This document shows positions 50,458 to 60,492 of a stretch of DNA of 64,000 nt, piece by piece. Source of the stretch: Candidatus Versatilivorator sp. Lineage in GTDB: Bacteria > Acidobacteriota > Terriglobia > Versatilivoradales > Versatilivoraceae. Location of the stretch: positions 2,080,001 to 2,144,000 of the forward strand of contig OZ242296.1 of the NCBI GenBank assembly GCA_965207735.1. Reading direction: 5' to 3'. Position 1 is the stretch's first letter. Each line of letters begins with the position of its first letter. Under the pieces are notes generated by a model that made no database searches, was not told the DNA's origin, and worked only from the letters and a program-made list of their open reading frames with translations. Made by a program: the position numbers and the translations under genes.

Positions 50458-53400
50458 ATGACAAACAGCAAGAAGACGCCCACGTGGCTGTCAGTCCTGA
50501 TTCTGACAGGTCTGGGTATCTCGGTCAGTCCCCATGAGGTCCTGACCCGGACGTCCGAGGTTGAGAGGGCTCTGAATCCGGTCCTGTCCAGCTATGAAGT
50601 GATCCGGATGGAACCCGGTGAAACCGAGCGGAAGATTCGTACGACCGGAGAACTGAGATTCCGGTTCGATGGGACCGATTTTCATTTCAATCTCAATCCG
50701 CACAATATGCGGGCTCCCGGCTACAAAGCGGTGGAGACGGGTCCCGGAGGCGTAAGGCGCACGCTTCCCCCTCAGCTGGTGCATACCTTCAAGGGAAAGC
50801 TGGCGGGGCGGGAAGACACCGAAGGCCGATTCAACCTCACCGGCCGCGGGGTCGAGGGAGTCGTCTATGCTCCCCAGGGGTGGATATACCTCGAACCCTT
50901 GCGCAACCGCCTTGCCGGCAGCCCGGCCGGTGAAATGGTGGTCTACCGGCAGGCGGACATCAGGCCGGGCGAAGGCTTTCAGTGCGGCGTGTCGCTGCCG
51001 AACCGCCTGCAGCGCGGGGTGGCCCGGGTCGAGGCTCGAACGCAAGCAATCACCCTCACTACCAACTACGTGTTTGATGTCGCGACCGAAGCCGATTACG
51101 AATACGTGCAGGCATTGGGAGGTTCCGAAGAGGCCAACCGTGAGATTGAGGGCATCCTGAACCAAGTGGAGGGAGTTTATCAAAGCGAGCTGTTGCTGCA
51201 ACTGCAGATCAGTTTCCAGCACGCCTGGGATATGGAGGACGATCCCTACACGGCAACAAACGCTTACGACCTGTTGGATGAGTTTATTGAATATTGGAAC
51301 GACAACTTTGCGGCTGAACAAGACTACGACGTTGCCCATATTTGGACGGACAGGGAACGAACGGACGGCGGCCGAATTGGTGGATTAGCTGAACTTGCGG
51401 CCGTCTGCAACGCACGTTCCAGAAGTTACGCGCTGTCTTCTCGAAACGTTGTTATACCGGATAAGTACACCACTCCCGCCCATGAAATCGGGCACAACTT
51501 CTCGGCCAGGCATCCCAATGAGGAAAATCCTCCCGTCGCAGGCTGCACCAACACGATCATGTCGGTATTCACTTTTTTCCTGCAGGACCTGGACCAGTCT
51601 TTAACTTTCTGTGATTTCACTCGGGAGGAGATTCAAACCCACGTTGCAAACAACCAGAGTTGCCTGACGACTCAACCCATCACCCTGCAAGCGCCGACCG
51701 GCCTGTCGGCAACAGCGGCGTCCACGTCTCAAATTGATCTGAGTTGGGATGACAACAGCGCCAATGAAACGGGGTTCGTGGTGCGGTACCGCCTGGACGG
51801 ATCGGCAGACTGGGTTGAACTCGGCGCCACGGCAGCCGACGCCACCACATTCTCGCAGGGAGGGTTGTTGGCAGGTGCGACCTACCGCTACCGTGTACGG
51901 GCCTTCAATGAGACGGAATCGTCCGCTTTTTCCAGCGAAGCCGTGGGGACGACCCAGGCTGGGGAGGGAACCGGGGCCGAATGGATCATCGAAACGATCG
52001 CCGGTGGCGGAATAGGGGACAACGTTCCGGCGACCGAGGCGAGGCTGTCCGGTCCCCAGGGGGTGGCTGTCGACGCCTCGGGCAATCTCTACATTGCCGA
52101 TACCGACAACCATCGGATCCGCAAGGTGGATACCTCGGGAACCATCACCACCATCGCCGGGACCGGGGAGGAAGGATACAGTGGAGACAGCAGCTCAGCG
52201 GTCGATGCGCAACTGGACGTTCCCACTGGTGTAGCGGTGGGCGGGTCCGGAAATCTCTATATTGCCGATGCCGGGAACCATCGGATCCGCAAGGTGGATA
52301 CCTCGGGAACCATCACCACCGTCGCAGGGACCGGGGAGGAAGGATACAGTGGAGACGGCGGCTTGGCGGTCGATGCGCAACTGGACGTTCCCACTGGTGT
52401 AGCAGTGGACGGGTCTGGAAATCTCTACATCGCCGACTACGATAACAACCGCATCCGCCGGGTGGATACCTCAGGGACCGTCACCACCGTCGCAGGGACT
52501 GGCACGAGGGGTTACGGAGGGGACGGGGGAATGGCGGTCGATGCATGGTTGAAGGATCCCAGAAGCGTTGTGGTGGACGGGTCCGGAAATCTCTACATCG
52601 CGGATCTTTCCAACGTCCGCGTGCGTAAGGTGGATACGTCAGGGGTGATCACCACCATCGCAGGGACCGGGGAGAGGGGGTATAGCGGAGACGGCGGTCC
52701 GGCGGTCTCGGCGCAGATTGGTCCTCCTTGGGGCGTGACGCTAGACACGGCCGGCAACCTATACATTTCTGGTGACCACCGAATCCGGCAAGTGGATGTT
52801 TCCGGGACCATCACCACGAAAGCGGGGACCGGGAGGCAGGGTTTATTCCTCGGAGATGGCGGCCCGGCTGTACAGGCGTGGTTGGCCAATCCCAATGGTA
52901 TGGCGGTGGATGGCACGGGAAACCTCTACATTGCCGATGAGTCCAACGACCGCATCCGCCGGGTGGATACCTCAGGGACCATCACCACCGTGGTGGGGAT
53001 CGGTGCGACAGGTTACGGCGGGGACGGCAAAATGGCGGTCGAGGCTTACCTAAACTATCCGATTGGTGTGACGGTGGACGGATCAGGCAACGTCTACATC
53101 GCCGATAGAAATAACCACCGGGTCCGCAAGGTAGATACCTCGGGCACCATCACCACGATTGCAGGGAACGGGGAGGAGGGCTACAGCGGGGACGGCGGCC
53201 CGGCGGTCGATGCGCAACTGGACTTTCCCTCTAGTGTAGCAGTGGACGGGGACGGAAATCTCTACATCGCCGATTGGGGCAACAGACGGGTCCGCCGTGT
53301 GGATGCCGGGGGTACTATCACCACCGTTGCAGGCCCCGGCCAGTATCCCTCCAGGGGGGACGGGGGTTTGGCGACCAACGCTTGGTTTGGCTTCCCTTCG

Positions 53401-56400
53401 GCCGTGGCGCTAGACGGAACCGGCAACCTCTACATCGCGGCTCCACATGACAAACGCATCCGCCGAGTGGACAGTGCCGGGACCATCACTTCTGTTGCAG
53501 GAACCCGAGAGAGGGGCTACAGCGGGGACGGCGGCCCGGCGGTCGATGCGCAGCTCGACTTTCTCGGGGGCGTGACGGTAGACGGAGACGGCAACCTCTA
53601 CATCGCGGATGGCGATAACCACCGGATCCGGAAGGTGGATACCTCGGGAACCATTACCACCGTCGCAGGCAACGGAAAGAGGGGCAATAGCGGGGACGGC
53701 GCGGCAGTAGTGGCACGCCTATACCGGCCCGAAGGCGTGGCAGTGGATGGCGCCGGCAACCTCTACATCGCCGATGCTAGGAACTACCGTATCCGCGGTG
53801 TGGATAGCTCGGGGAACATCACTACTATAGCCGGGATCGGGAGTGCTCGTTCCAGCCCAAGTATCGGAGATGGAGGTCCGGCGCTTGAGGCATTTTTCTC
53901 CCCCGCAGGCGTGTCGGTCGACAGGGCCGGCAACCTCTACATCGCCGACAATAGCAACCATCGCATTCGATTTATGTCAACGGATACGACGATGCCAACG
54001 GTGGAGTCGATTGCCATCGCCTCGGATCCTCTGAAGCAGACGACCTACTCGGCCAATGAGGTCATCCGGGTGATGGTGACTTTCAGCGAGCCGATGGTGG
54101 TGGCGGGGGCGCCCCAGCTGACGGTCGAGGTGGGAGGTGTGGATCGAGCGGCAGTCTATGAAAGTGGCATGGGGGCCGCGTTGTTTTTCGCCTACCCGGT
54201 GAACGAAGGGGACATCGACACCGACGGGGTGAGCATAGGAACAAACCCCCTGATGCTCGACGGCGGGAGGATCAGGGACTTTGCGTACAACGATGCGGTC
54301 CTTGATCATGGCGGACTGGCAGCCGATCCGGCACACCAAGTGGACGGGATCAAGCCGGAACTGTTCGAAACCGATGGGGCGGTGGTGGATGGGGCTCTAC
54401 TGACATTGAGCTACACCGAGGAACTGGACTCATCATCTGTGCCCCCCACGAGCGCATTCACGGTGTCGGGAGGGAATCGGGGGCGAAGGGTCTCCGAGGT
54501 GGCGGTCGCCGGTCAAGCGGTAGTCCTGACTCTCGACGCTGAAGCCGAGCCCGGCGAGGCCGGCATCCATGTGAGCTACCGGGTTCCGACGGGGACAGGG
54601 GAGAACGCGGTACAGGACGCGTTGGGCAACGAGGCTCTCGAACTGAGCAACCAGGCGGTGATGAACACCACGAAACCGAAGGTTCTCACGGTCGAGATCA
54701 GCTCGGATCCGGGGCCGGACCGGACCTACGCAGCAGGAGAAGACATCCGGGTGACCCTCACCCTCAACGGGACGGTGGAGGTGACCGGGACGCCGAGCTT
54801 GAGTCTCGAGGTGGGAGGAGGGCAGCGAACGGCGACCTATGAAGGCGGCTCGGGAACGGCGGCTCTGGTGTTCGGCCACACAGTCGCTGGGGGCGAGAGC
54901 GGCACGGACGGAGTGGGCGTTGAGGCCGACAGCCTGTCGCTGAACGGAGGGATGATCCGGGACGTTGCGGGCAATGACGCGGTACTGGACCATGACGGGC
55001 TTTCCGCAGACTCGAACCACAGGGTGGACGGGGTCAAGCCGGCACTGGCTGCAACCGGCGGGGCGGTAGTCGATGCGACGATGCTGACGCTGACGTACGA
55101 CGAGCCGCTGGACCGGAGCTCAACGCCCGATGCGGGAGACTTCACGGTGTCGGGAGGCGATCAGACCCGGACGGTCACCCGGGTTTCAGTGAGCGGAAGC
55201 GCAATGGCGCTGACCCTGAGTGTGGGAGCCGAGCACGAGGAGGCGGGGATCCAGGTGAGCTATACGCCGGGGATGAACCCGTTGCGTGATGTGGCTGGCA
55301 ACCAGGCGGAGGGGCTGAGCCGGGAATCGGTGACCAACGAAACGCCGGACACGACCCCGCCGGAGGTGAGTCGTGTCTCCATTAGTTCGAGTCCGGGATC
55401 CGACCAGACCTATGCGATGGAGGACGAGATCGAGGTGACGGTGACTTTCGACGAGACGGTGAAAGTGACGGGGATGCCGCAACTTACGTTGAGAGTGGGG
55501 AACAGGAACCGAACGGCCGGTTATGAAAGCGGTACGGATACGGAGGCGCTGGTGTTTGCCTACGAGGTAGCCGATGGGGACGAAGACTCCGACGGGGTCA
55601 GTGTGCAGGCGAACCAACTGAGGCTCAATGGAGGAACGATCAAGGACGGGGCGGAGAATGCGGCGGCGCTGGCTCACGAGGCGGTAGCGGCCGACATGGG
55701 GCACCAGGTGGACGGAGTACGTCCGGCGTATGTGAGCGCGGCGGTGGACGGAGCCTCTACGACACTGACTTACGGGGAGGCGCTGGATGGGGGGTCGAGG
55801 CCCGCGTCGGGGGACTTCGCGGTGACGGTGGATGGGTCTGCGAGAACGGTTTCAGGAGTGTCGATCAGCGGGAGCGTTGTGACGCTGACTCTCAACCCTG
55901 AGGTGGAGCACGGAGACACGGGAATCCGGGTGAACTACACGCCGGGCGCCAACCCGATCCGGGATGATGTGGGCAATGAAGCCGTGGCCCTCAGCAACCG
56001 GTCGGTGACCAACACCACCAATGCGCCAAACACGGCGCCGGAGATCACGACTGGGGGAACGCTGAGTGTGGGAGAGAATCAGGCGTTGGTGAGGCGGCTG
56101 GTTGCCAGAGATACCGACGCAGGGGACGAGGTGACGGGTTGGGATATCGTGGGCGGGGCCGATCAGGGACAGTTTTCCATAACTTCCGATACGGGGGATC
56201 TGAGCTTTCAGGATGCTCCGGACTTCGAGGATCCCGACGATGTTGCCAGCACCGATCCGGTGAGCGGAGCGGAGGACAACCAATTCGTGGTGACGGTGGA
56301 AGTGAGGAGCGGAGCGGGAGCCAGGGAGCTGTCCGCGGAGAAGACGTTTGCGATCACGGTGACCGACCGGCAGGAACCGCCGGAGGTGCCGGAGGCTCCG

Positions 56401-59400
56401 GTCATTTCAGGAGAGACGACCGACAGTCTGACAGTGAGTTGGAGCGAGCCGGACAACACGGGACCGGACATCACCGACTACGACGTGCAGTACCGGGAGA
56501 AGGACAGAGGGGGCTTCTGTGACGGGGGCCACGAGGGGCCGGGTCTCAGCTTGACGCTTTCCGACCTGGAACCGGGCACTGACTACGAGGTGCAGGTAAA
56601 AGCCAGAAACGATGAAGGGGCGAGTGACTGGTCGGCCTCGGGCGAGGGAATGACCGTCACGCCGCTGACGGTCATGATGGCGAGCGGGACCGAGTCTCCG
56701 GTGTCGGGGGCGTTCACGGTGCGGTTCAGTTTCTCCGAACCGGTGTCGGGGTTCAGCGGGAGCGACATCGATTCCGAGCGCGATCCTGAATGCACGGACG
56801 ATCTGAACAACACGGTCTTCTGCGAGCCGGGGATCGGGAGCCTGCAGACGGCCGACGACCGGGTTTACACCACGACGGTGACCCCCGAGACCGGTAGTGT
56901 GGCCCACAGCTATACGTTGACGCTGACGGTTCCGGGAGGCGCCGTCAGCTCGTTGGTAGGCAGCAAGCCGAACGAGAAGCCGGAGGAGCAGCTGGTGGTC
57001 CGGGTGTCGCCGCCGGGGGTCCCCGAGCCGATCTCGACTTTGAGTCTGAGAGCCAATGGGGCGAGCGGATCGATGAGGATGAGCTGGAACCGGCCGTCTG
57101 ACAACGGAGGCTCTCCCATCATCCGCTACGAGTACCGGTACGCGGCCACCGGGGAGGCGTGGAGCGAGTGGGAGAACGTGGGCGCGGGGTCGGGAGGGGT
57201 GACGGTGGGAGGCCTGATCAACGGCCGGGAATATGTCATCGAGGCGCGGGCGGTCAATGCCCTGGGCAAGGGGGGAGTTGAGACGGCGATGGCCACTCCG
57301 GTGGCTGGTGGCGGCAATGGTAGCGGTGGAGGAGGCGGAGGCGGAGGAGGAGGTGGTGGTGGCCTGCTGTTTGCGCCGGAGGCGCCGGCAGTCCTGACGG
57401 CGACGCCCGGGGACGGGACGGTGCTGTTGGCGTGGAGCCCGCCGGAAAGCGACGGGGGTTCTCCCATCCTGCGCTACGAGTACCGACTGAAAGAAGGCCT
57501 GGGCGAGTTCAGCGAGTGGACACCCATCCCGGACAGCGCTCCCGGGGAGGTCAACGCCTCCGGCTACACCCTCATGGGGCTTCTCAACGGGACGGTCTAT
57601 GCCTTGGAGCTGCGTGGGGTCAACCAGATCGGCAACGGGCGGGAGACGGAGGCGGTGGAGGCGGTGATGCCTCTGGACCCGGCCTATCGGTCGAACTTCC
57701 GGGCGGAGGACCTGGAGGGTGGAGAGGCCGGATTGGAGTGGACGCCGTTTGGAGGAAGCCGGCGGAGTCTGAAGGTGAGGTTTGGAGGGGGGCTGCGGTT
57801 TGAGGAGAGGGAGCTGGATGCAGCAGGGGAAGTGACGGCGACCCGCATGGGGAGCTACCGGTACCGCTACACCAGCCGGACGACGGGAGAGCTGAGCCTG
57901 GACTACGACGGGGGGGAGTCGTGCGAACTGCGGATGAGCTTCGGCGGAGTGGGAGAAGGCAGCTACAGCTACCGCTGCGGGGGCGGGTTGCAGGGACAGG
58001 GGAGCTTCCGGCTGAGCGAGCTGAACCGGCTGCCGGAGATCACCAGCCCGGGGCAGTTCGAGGTGGTGGAGAACCAGACGAAGGTAGTGCGGCTGGAGGC
58101 GGGGGACTCCGACGAGGAGGACGAGGTTGCCGGCTACGGGATCGCGGGAGGAGCGGACGGGGCGCTGTTTAGGGTAGTTGAGCAGACGGGAGAGCTGAGC
58201 TTCACGGAGGCGCCGGACTATGAGAGGCCTGCCGATGCGGTGAGCGCGGAGCCCGAAAGCCCTGCAGGAGACAACGAATACGTGGTGGTGGTGGAGGCGA
58301 GGAGCGGAGAGGGGGAGAGGGTGCGGAGGAGGAGCCGGACGATCCGGGTACGGGTGAGTGACGAGGAGGAGCCGCCGGGGGCGCCGCCGGCTCCGGAGGT
58401 GAGAGCAGAGGGCACCGACAGCCTGAAGGTGAGCTGGTCCGAGCCTGAGAACCGTGGGCCTGAGATTACCGGCTATGAGGTGCGCTACCGGGAGGAGGGA
58501 GAGGAAGGCTACCGGGATGGAGGGCACGAGGGGACGGGACTCATGTTGACGCTGACGGGCCTCGAGGAGGGGAGGCTCTACCGGGTGGAGGTGAGGGCCG
58601 TGAACGAAGAGGGGAGGGGTGAGTGGTCGCAGCCGGGGGAAGGCAGGACGGGGATGGAGGAGCCCGACGCAGAGGATCCGGCGGACTTCAGCGAGGAGGA
58701 CCTGGAGGGGAGGCGGGCGACCTTGAGGATCACGGGCGAAGAGGGGACCGCCAGACGCATTGAACTGCGGTTTGCAGAAGGCAACCGATTCGAGCAGATC
58801 GAGAGGGTGGAAGCGCAGGCGGCGATTCGGTCGGAGAGTGCGGACTCCCGATCGGAGAGCACCCCCTCCCGAACGGGCGCCTACACCTATGAGAGGACAG
58901 GTCCGCGCAAGGGAAGGCTGGGGCTGAACTACGATGACGGGAGTTCCTGTGAAGTTTCACTGGCCTTCACCGAGCTGGGCGAGGGCAGGTTCGTCTATGA
59001 CTGCGGGGAGGGGGAGGTGTCCGAAGGGAGCTTCCGGCTGACGACGGGGTCGCCGTTCGTTCCGGTGATCCTGTCCTCGGCGGGGCGGAACAACTCCTTT
59101 TTCACCTCGGAGCTGACGCTGACCAACCGTGGGATGGAAGAGGCCACGCTCCACTACATCTACACGGCCGAACGAGGCGGAGGGAGCGGGAGGGCTTCGG
59201 ACATACTCCCTGCAGGCAGCCAGAAGATCGAGACCGACGCCCTGGACTATCTGAGGGGTCTGGGGGTACCGATCCCCGCAACCGGGAACCGGATCGGGAC
59301 ATTGAGGGTGGAGGTCAAGCTGGGCTCCGAGGTGGAGGCGGTGGTGCGGACCACCACGCTGGTGCCTGAGGGGAGGGCGGGGCTGGCCTACCTGGGAGTA

Positions 59401-60492
59401 GCCGAGGAGGAAGGGTTTACGGAGCCGGTCTACCTGTGCGGCCTCAGACAGAACAGCCAGGATCGCTCCAACGTGGCCTTCCAGAACATGGGGACTTCAG
59501 AAGAGGGTGCCATCACGTTGAGGACCACGGTCTACTCGGGAGAAGCGGCGGATACGACGGCCCGGGAGCTGGACGATGTAACGCTGGAGCCGGGAGGGTT
59601 TCACCAGTACTCGGGGCTGCTGGGCAGTGTGGAGAACGGCTACGTGAAGGTGGAGCGTGTGGAGGGAGAGGCGCCCTTCTACGCCTACGGGGTGATCAAC
59701 GACCAGGCCAACTCGGACGGGTCGTTCGTCTTTCCGGTGACGGCCGATTCGCTGGAGGGGAAGGTGGCGCAGACCTTGCCGGTGATCGTGGAGACGAGAG
59801 ACTTCACCAGCGAGCTGACGGTGACGAATTTCTCCCAGGAGCCGAGGACGCTGAATTTCCAGTTTGTAGCCGAGGGGATCGATACGGACGACCAGACGGC
59901 TGCGTTCCGCATGACCCTTGAAGCCGGCCGGCAGGAGATCGTCGCCGAGGTGGTGGAAGCGTTGCGTGGTGAGGAGGTGGCGGGACTGGGGACGGGCAGG
60001 CGGACCTTGGCGGGGCCGGTGTTCGTCACGGCCGAAGAAGGAGACCTGAGCGGGATCGTGGTAGGGGCCAGGACGGGGTCGAAGGGAGGCGGGGGACAAT
60101 ACAGCGTTTTCTACAACGCGGTGCCGGAAGGCGAGGGCTTCACCCGGGAGGCCTGGGTGGACGGGCTGCAGCAGAACGAGGAGAACCGCAGCAACCTGGC
60201 GCTGGTCAACACGGGAGAAGTAGACGAAAGTGAGAGCGTCTTCCATCTGGAGATTTACGACGGGGAGACGGGGATGCTGGAGGAGACGGTGGTGACGAAA
60301 GCCATCCCGGCGCGGGGCTGGCATCAGATCAACGGGATTTTGGGGAGAGCCTCAGCCGAGACCCGTCAGGGGTATATCCGGATCGAGAAGGTGTCGGGGG
60401 AGAACCCGTTCCTGGCCTATGGTGTGGTCAATGACGGCGGGGCCCCGGGCGAGCGCAGCGGCGACGGAGCCTACCTGCCGGCGAGGGAGTAG
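50458..60492 (+). CDS. Giant secreted protein: prodomain + M12B metalloprotease + FN3 + 12 NHL + 3x(Ig/SwmB-like) + cadherin/FN3 array + shared C-terminal domain
   Basis: Signal peptide, Cys-switch-like FQCGV, HEIGHNFSARH with Met-turn TIMS, 12 GNLYIAD repeats, three AVDG..LTL.Y.E.LD repeats, two APD(F/Y)E.P.D...DN.(F/Y)VV.VE cadherins, FN3 repeats, poly-Gly linker, CTD from ~59053. Confidence 0.93.
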   Translation: MTNSKKTPTWLSVLILTGLGISVSPHEVLTRTSEVERALNPVLSSYEVIRMEPGETERKIRTTGELRFRFDGTDFHFNLNPHNMRAPGYKAVETGPGGVRRTLPPQLVHTFKGKLAGREDTEGRFNLTGRGVEGVVYAPQGWIYLEPLRNRLAGSPAGEMVVYRQADIRPGEGFQCGVSLPNRLQRGVARVEARTQAITLTTNYVFDVATEADYEYVQALGGSEEANREIEGILNQVEGVYQSELLLQLQISFQHAWDMEDDPYTATNAYDLLDEFIEYWNDNFAAEQDYDVAHIWTDRERTDGGRIGGLAELAAVCNARSRSYALSSRNVVIPDKYTTPAHEIGHNFSARHPNEENPPVAGCTNTIMSVFTFFLQDLDQSLTFCDFTREEIQTHVANNQSCLTTQPITLQAPTGLSATAASTSQIDLSWDDNSANETGFVVRYRLDGSADWVELGATAADATTFSQGGLLAGATYRYRVRAFNETESSAFSSEAVGTTQAGEGTGAEWIIETIAGGGIGDNVPATEARLSGPQGVAVDASGNLYIADTDNHRIRKVDTSGTITTIAGTGEEGYSGDSSSAVDAQLDVPTGVAVGGSGNLYIADAGNHRIRKVDTSGTITTVAGTGEEGYSGDGGLAVDAQLDVPTGVAVDGSGNLYIADYDNNRIRRVDTSGTVTTVAGTGTRGYGGDGGMAVDAWLKDPRSVVVDGSGNLYIADLSNVRVRKVDTSGVITTIAGTGERGYSGDGGPAVSAQIGPPWGVTLDTAGNLYISGDHRIRQVDVSGTITTKAGTGRQGLFLGDGGPAVQAWLANPNGMAVDGTGNLYIADESNDRIRRVDTSGTITTVVGIGATGYGGDGKMAVEAYLNYPIGVTVDGSGNVYIADRNNHRVRKVDTSGTITTIAGNGEEGYSGDGGPAVDAQLDFPSSVAVDGDGNLYIADWGNRRVRRVDAGGTITTVAGPGQYPSRGDGGLATNAWFGFPSAVALDGTGNLYIAAPHDKRIRRVDSAGTITSVAGTRERGYSGDGGPAVDAQLDFLGGVTVDGDGNLYIADGDNHRIRKVDTSGTITTVAGNGKRGNSGDGAAVVARLYRPEGVAVDGAGNLYIADARNYRIRGVDSSGNITTIAGIGSARSSPSIGDGGPALEAFFSPAGVSVDRAGNLYIADNSNHRIRFMSTDTTMPTVESIAIASDPLKQTTYSANEVIRVMVTFSEPMVVAGAPQLTVEVGGVDRAAVYESGMGAALFFAYPVNEGDIDTDGVSIGTNPLMLDGGRIRDFAYNDAVLDHGGLAADPAHQVDGIKPELFETDGAVVDGALLTLSYTEELDSSSVPPTSAFTVSGGNRGRRVSEVAVAGQAVVLTLDAEAEPGEAGIHVSYRVPTGTGENAVQDALGNEALELSNQAVMNTTKPKVLTVEISSDPGPDRTYAAGEDIRVTLTLNGTVEVTGTPSLSLEVGGGQRTATYEGGSGTAALVFGHTVAGGESGTDGVGVEADSLSLNGGMIRDVAGNDAVLDHDGLSADSNHRVDGVKPALAATGGAVVDATMLTLTYDEPLDRSSTPDAGDFTVSGGDQTRTVTRVSVSGSAMALTLSVGAEHEEAGIQVSYTPGMNPLRDVAGNQAEGLSRESVTNETPDTTPPEVSRVSISSSPGSDQTYAMEDEIEVTVTFDETVKVTGMPQLTLRVGNRNRTAGYESGTDTEALVFAYEVADGDEDSDGVSVQANQLRLNGGTIKDGAENAAALAHEAVAADMGHQVDGVRPAYVSAAVDGASTTLTYGEALDGGSRPASGDFAVTVDGSARTVSGVSISGSVVTLTLNPEVEHGDTGIRVNYTPGANPIRDDVGNEAVALSNRSVTNTTNAPNTAPEITTGGTLSVGENQALVRRLVARDTDAGDEVTGWDIVGGADQGQFSITSDTGDLSFQDAPDFEDPDDVASTDPVSGAEDNQFVVTVEVRSGAGARELSAEKTFAITVTDRQEPPEVPEAPVISGETTDSLTVSWSEPDNTGPDITDYDVQYREKDRGGFCDGGHEGPGLSLTLSDLEPGTDYEVQVKARNDEGASDWSASGEGMTVTPLTVMMASGTESPVSGAFTVRFSFSEPVSGFSGSDIDSERDPECTDDLNNTVFCEPGIGSLQTADDRVYTTTVTPETGSVAHSYTLTLTVPGGAVSSLVGSKPNEKPEEQLVVRVSPPGVPEPISTLSLRANGASGSMRMSWNRPSDNGGSPIIRYEYRYAATGEAWSEWENVGAGSGGVTVGGLINGREYVIEARAVNALGKGGVETAMATPVAGGGNGSGGGGGGGGGGGGGLLFAPEAPAVLTATPGDGTVLLAWSPPESDGGSPILRYEYRLKEGLGEFSEWTPIPDSAPGEVNASGYTLMGLLNGTVYALELRGVNQIGNGRETEAVEAVMPLDPAYRSNFRAEDLEGGEAGLEWTPFGGSRRSLKVRFGGGLRFEERELDAAGEVTATRMGSYRYRYTSRTTGELSLDYDGGESCELRMSFGGVGEGSYSYRCGGGLQGQGSFRLSELNRLPEITSPGQFEVVENQTKVVRLEAGDSDEEDEVAGYGIAGGADGALFRVVEQTGELSFTEAPDYERPADAVSAEPESPAGDNEYVVVVEARSGEGERVRRRSRTIRVRVSDEEEPPGAPPAPEVRAEGTDSLKVSWSEPENRGPEITGYEVRYREEGEEGYRDGGHEGTGLMLTLTGLEEGRLYRVEVRAVNEEGRGEWSQPGEGRTGMEEPDAEDPADFSEEDLEGRRATLRITGEEGTARRIELRFAEGNRFEQIERVEAQAAIRSESADSRSESTPSRTGAYTYERTGPRKGRLGLNYDDGSSCEVSLAFTELGEGRFVYDCGEGEVSEGSFRLTTGSPFVPVILSSAGRNNSFFTSELTLTNRGMEEATLHYIYTAERGGGSGRASDILPAGSQKIETDALDYLRGLGVPIPATGNRIGTLRVEVKLGSEVEAVVRTTTLVPEGRAGLAYLGVAEEEGFTEPVYLCGLRQNSQDRSNVAFQNMGTSEEGAITLRTTVYSGEAADTTARELDDVTLEPGGFHQYSGLLGSVENGYVKVERVEGEAPFYAYGVINDQANSDGSFVFPVTADSLEGKVAQTLPVIVETRDFTSELTVTNFSQEPRTLNFQFVAEGIDTDDQTAAFRMTLEAGRQEIVAEVVEALRGEEVAGLGTGRRTLAGPVFVTAEEGDLSGIVVGARTGSKGGGGQYSVFYNAVPEGEGFTREAWVDGLQQNEENRSNLALVNTGEVDESESVFHLEIYDGETGMLEETVVTKAIPARGWHQINGILGRASAETRQGYIRIEKVSGENPFLAYGVVNDGGAPGERSGDGAYLPARE

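Noticed and set aside
52040-53970. Regular ~168-bp DNA periodicity with conserved and variable parts, superficially CRISPR- or DGR-like
   Set aside because: Fully explained by in-frame NHL repeats. No cas or reverse transcriptase gene is present, and I saw no adenine-specific TR/VR pair.
54000-60492. Strong G/purine skew on the + strand
   Set aside because: Accounted for by Gly/Glu/Val/Ala/Asp-rich protein sequence and G-ending codons.
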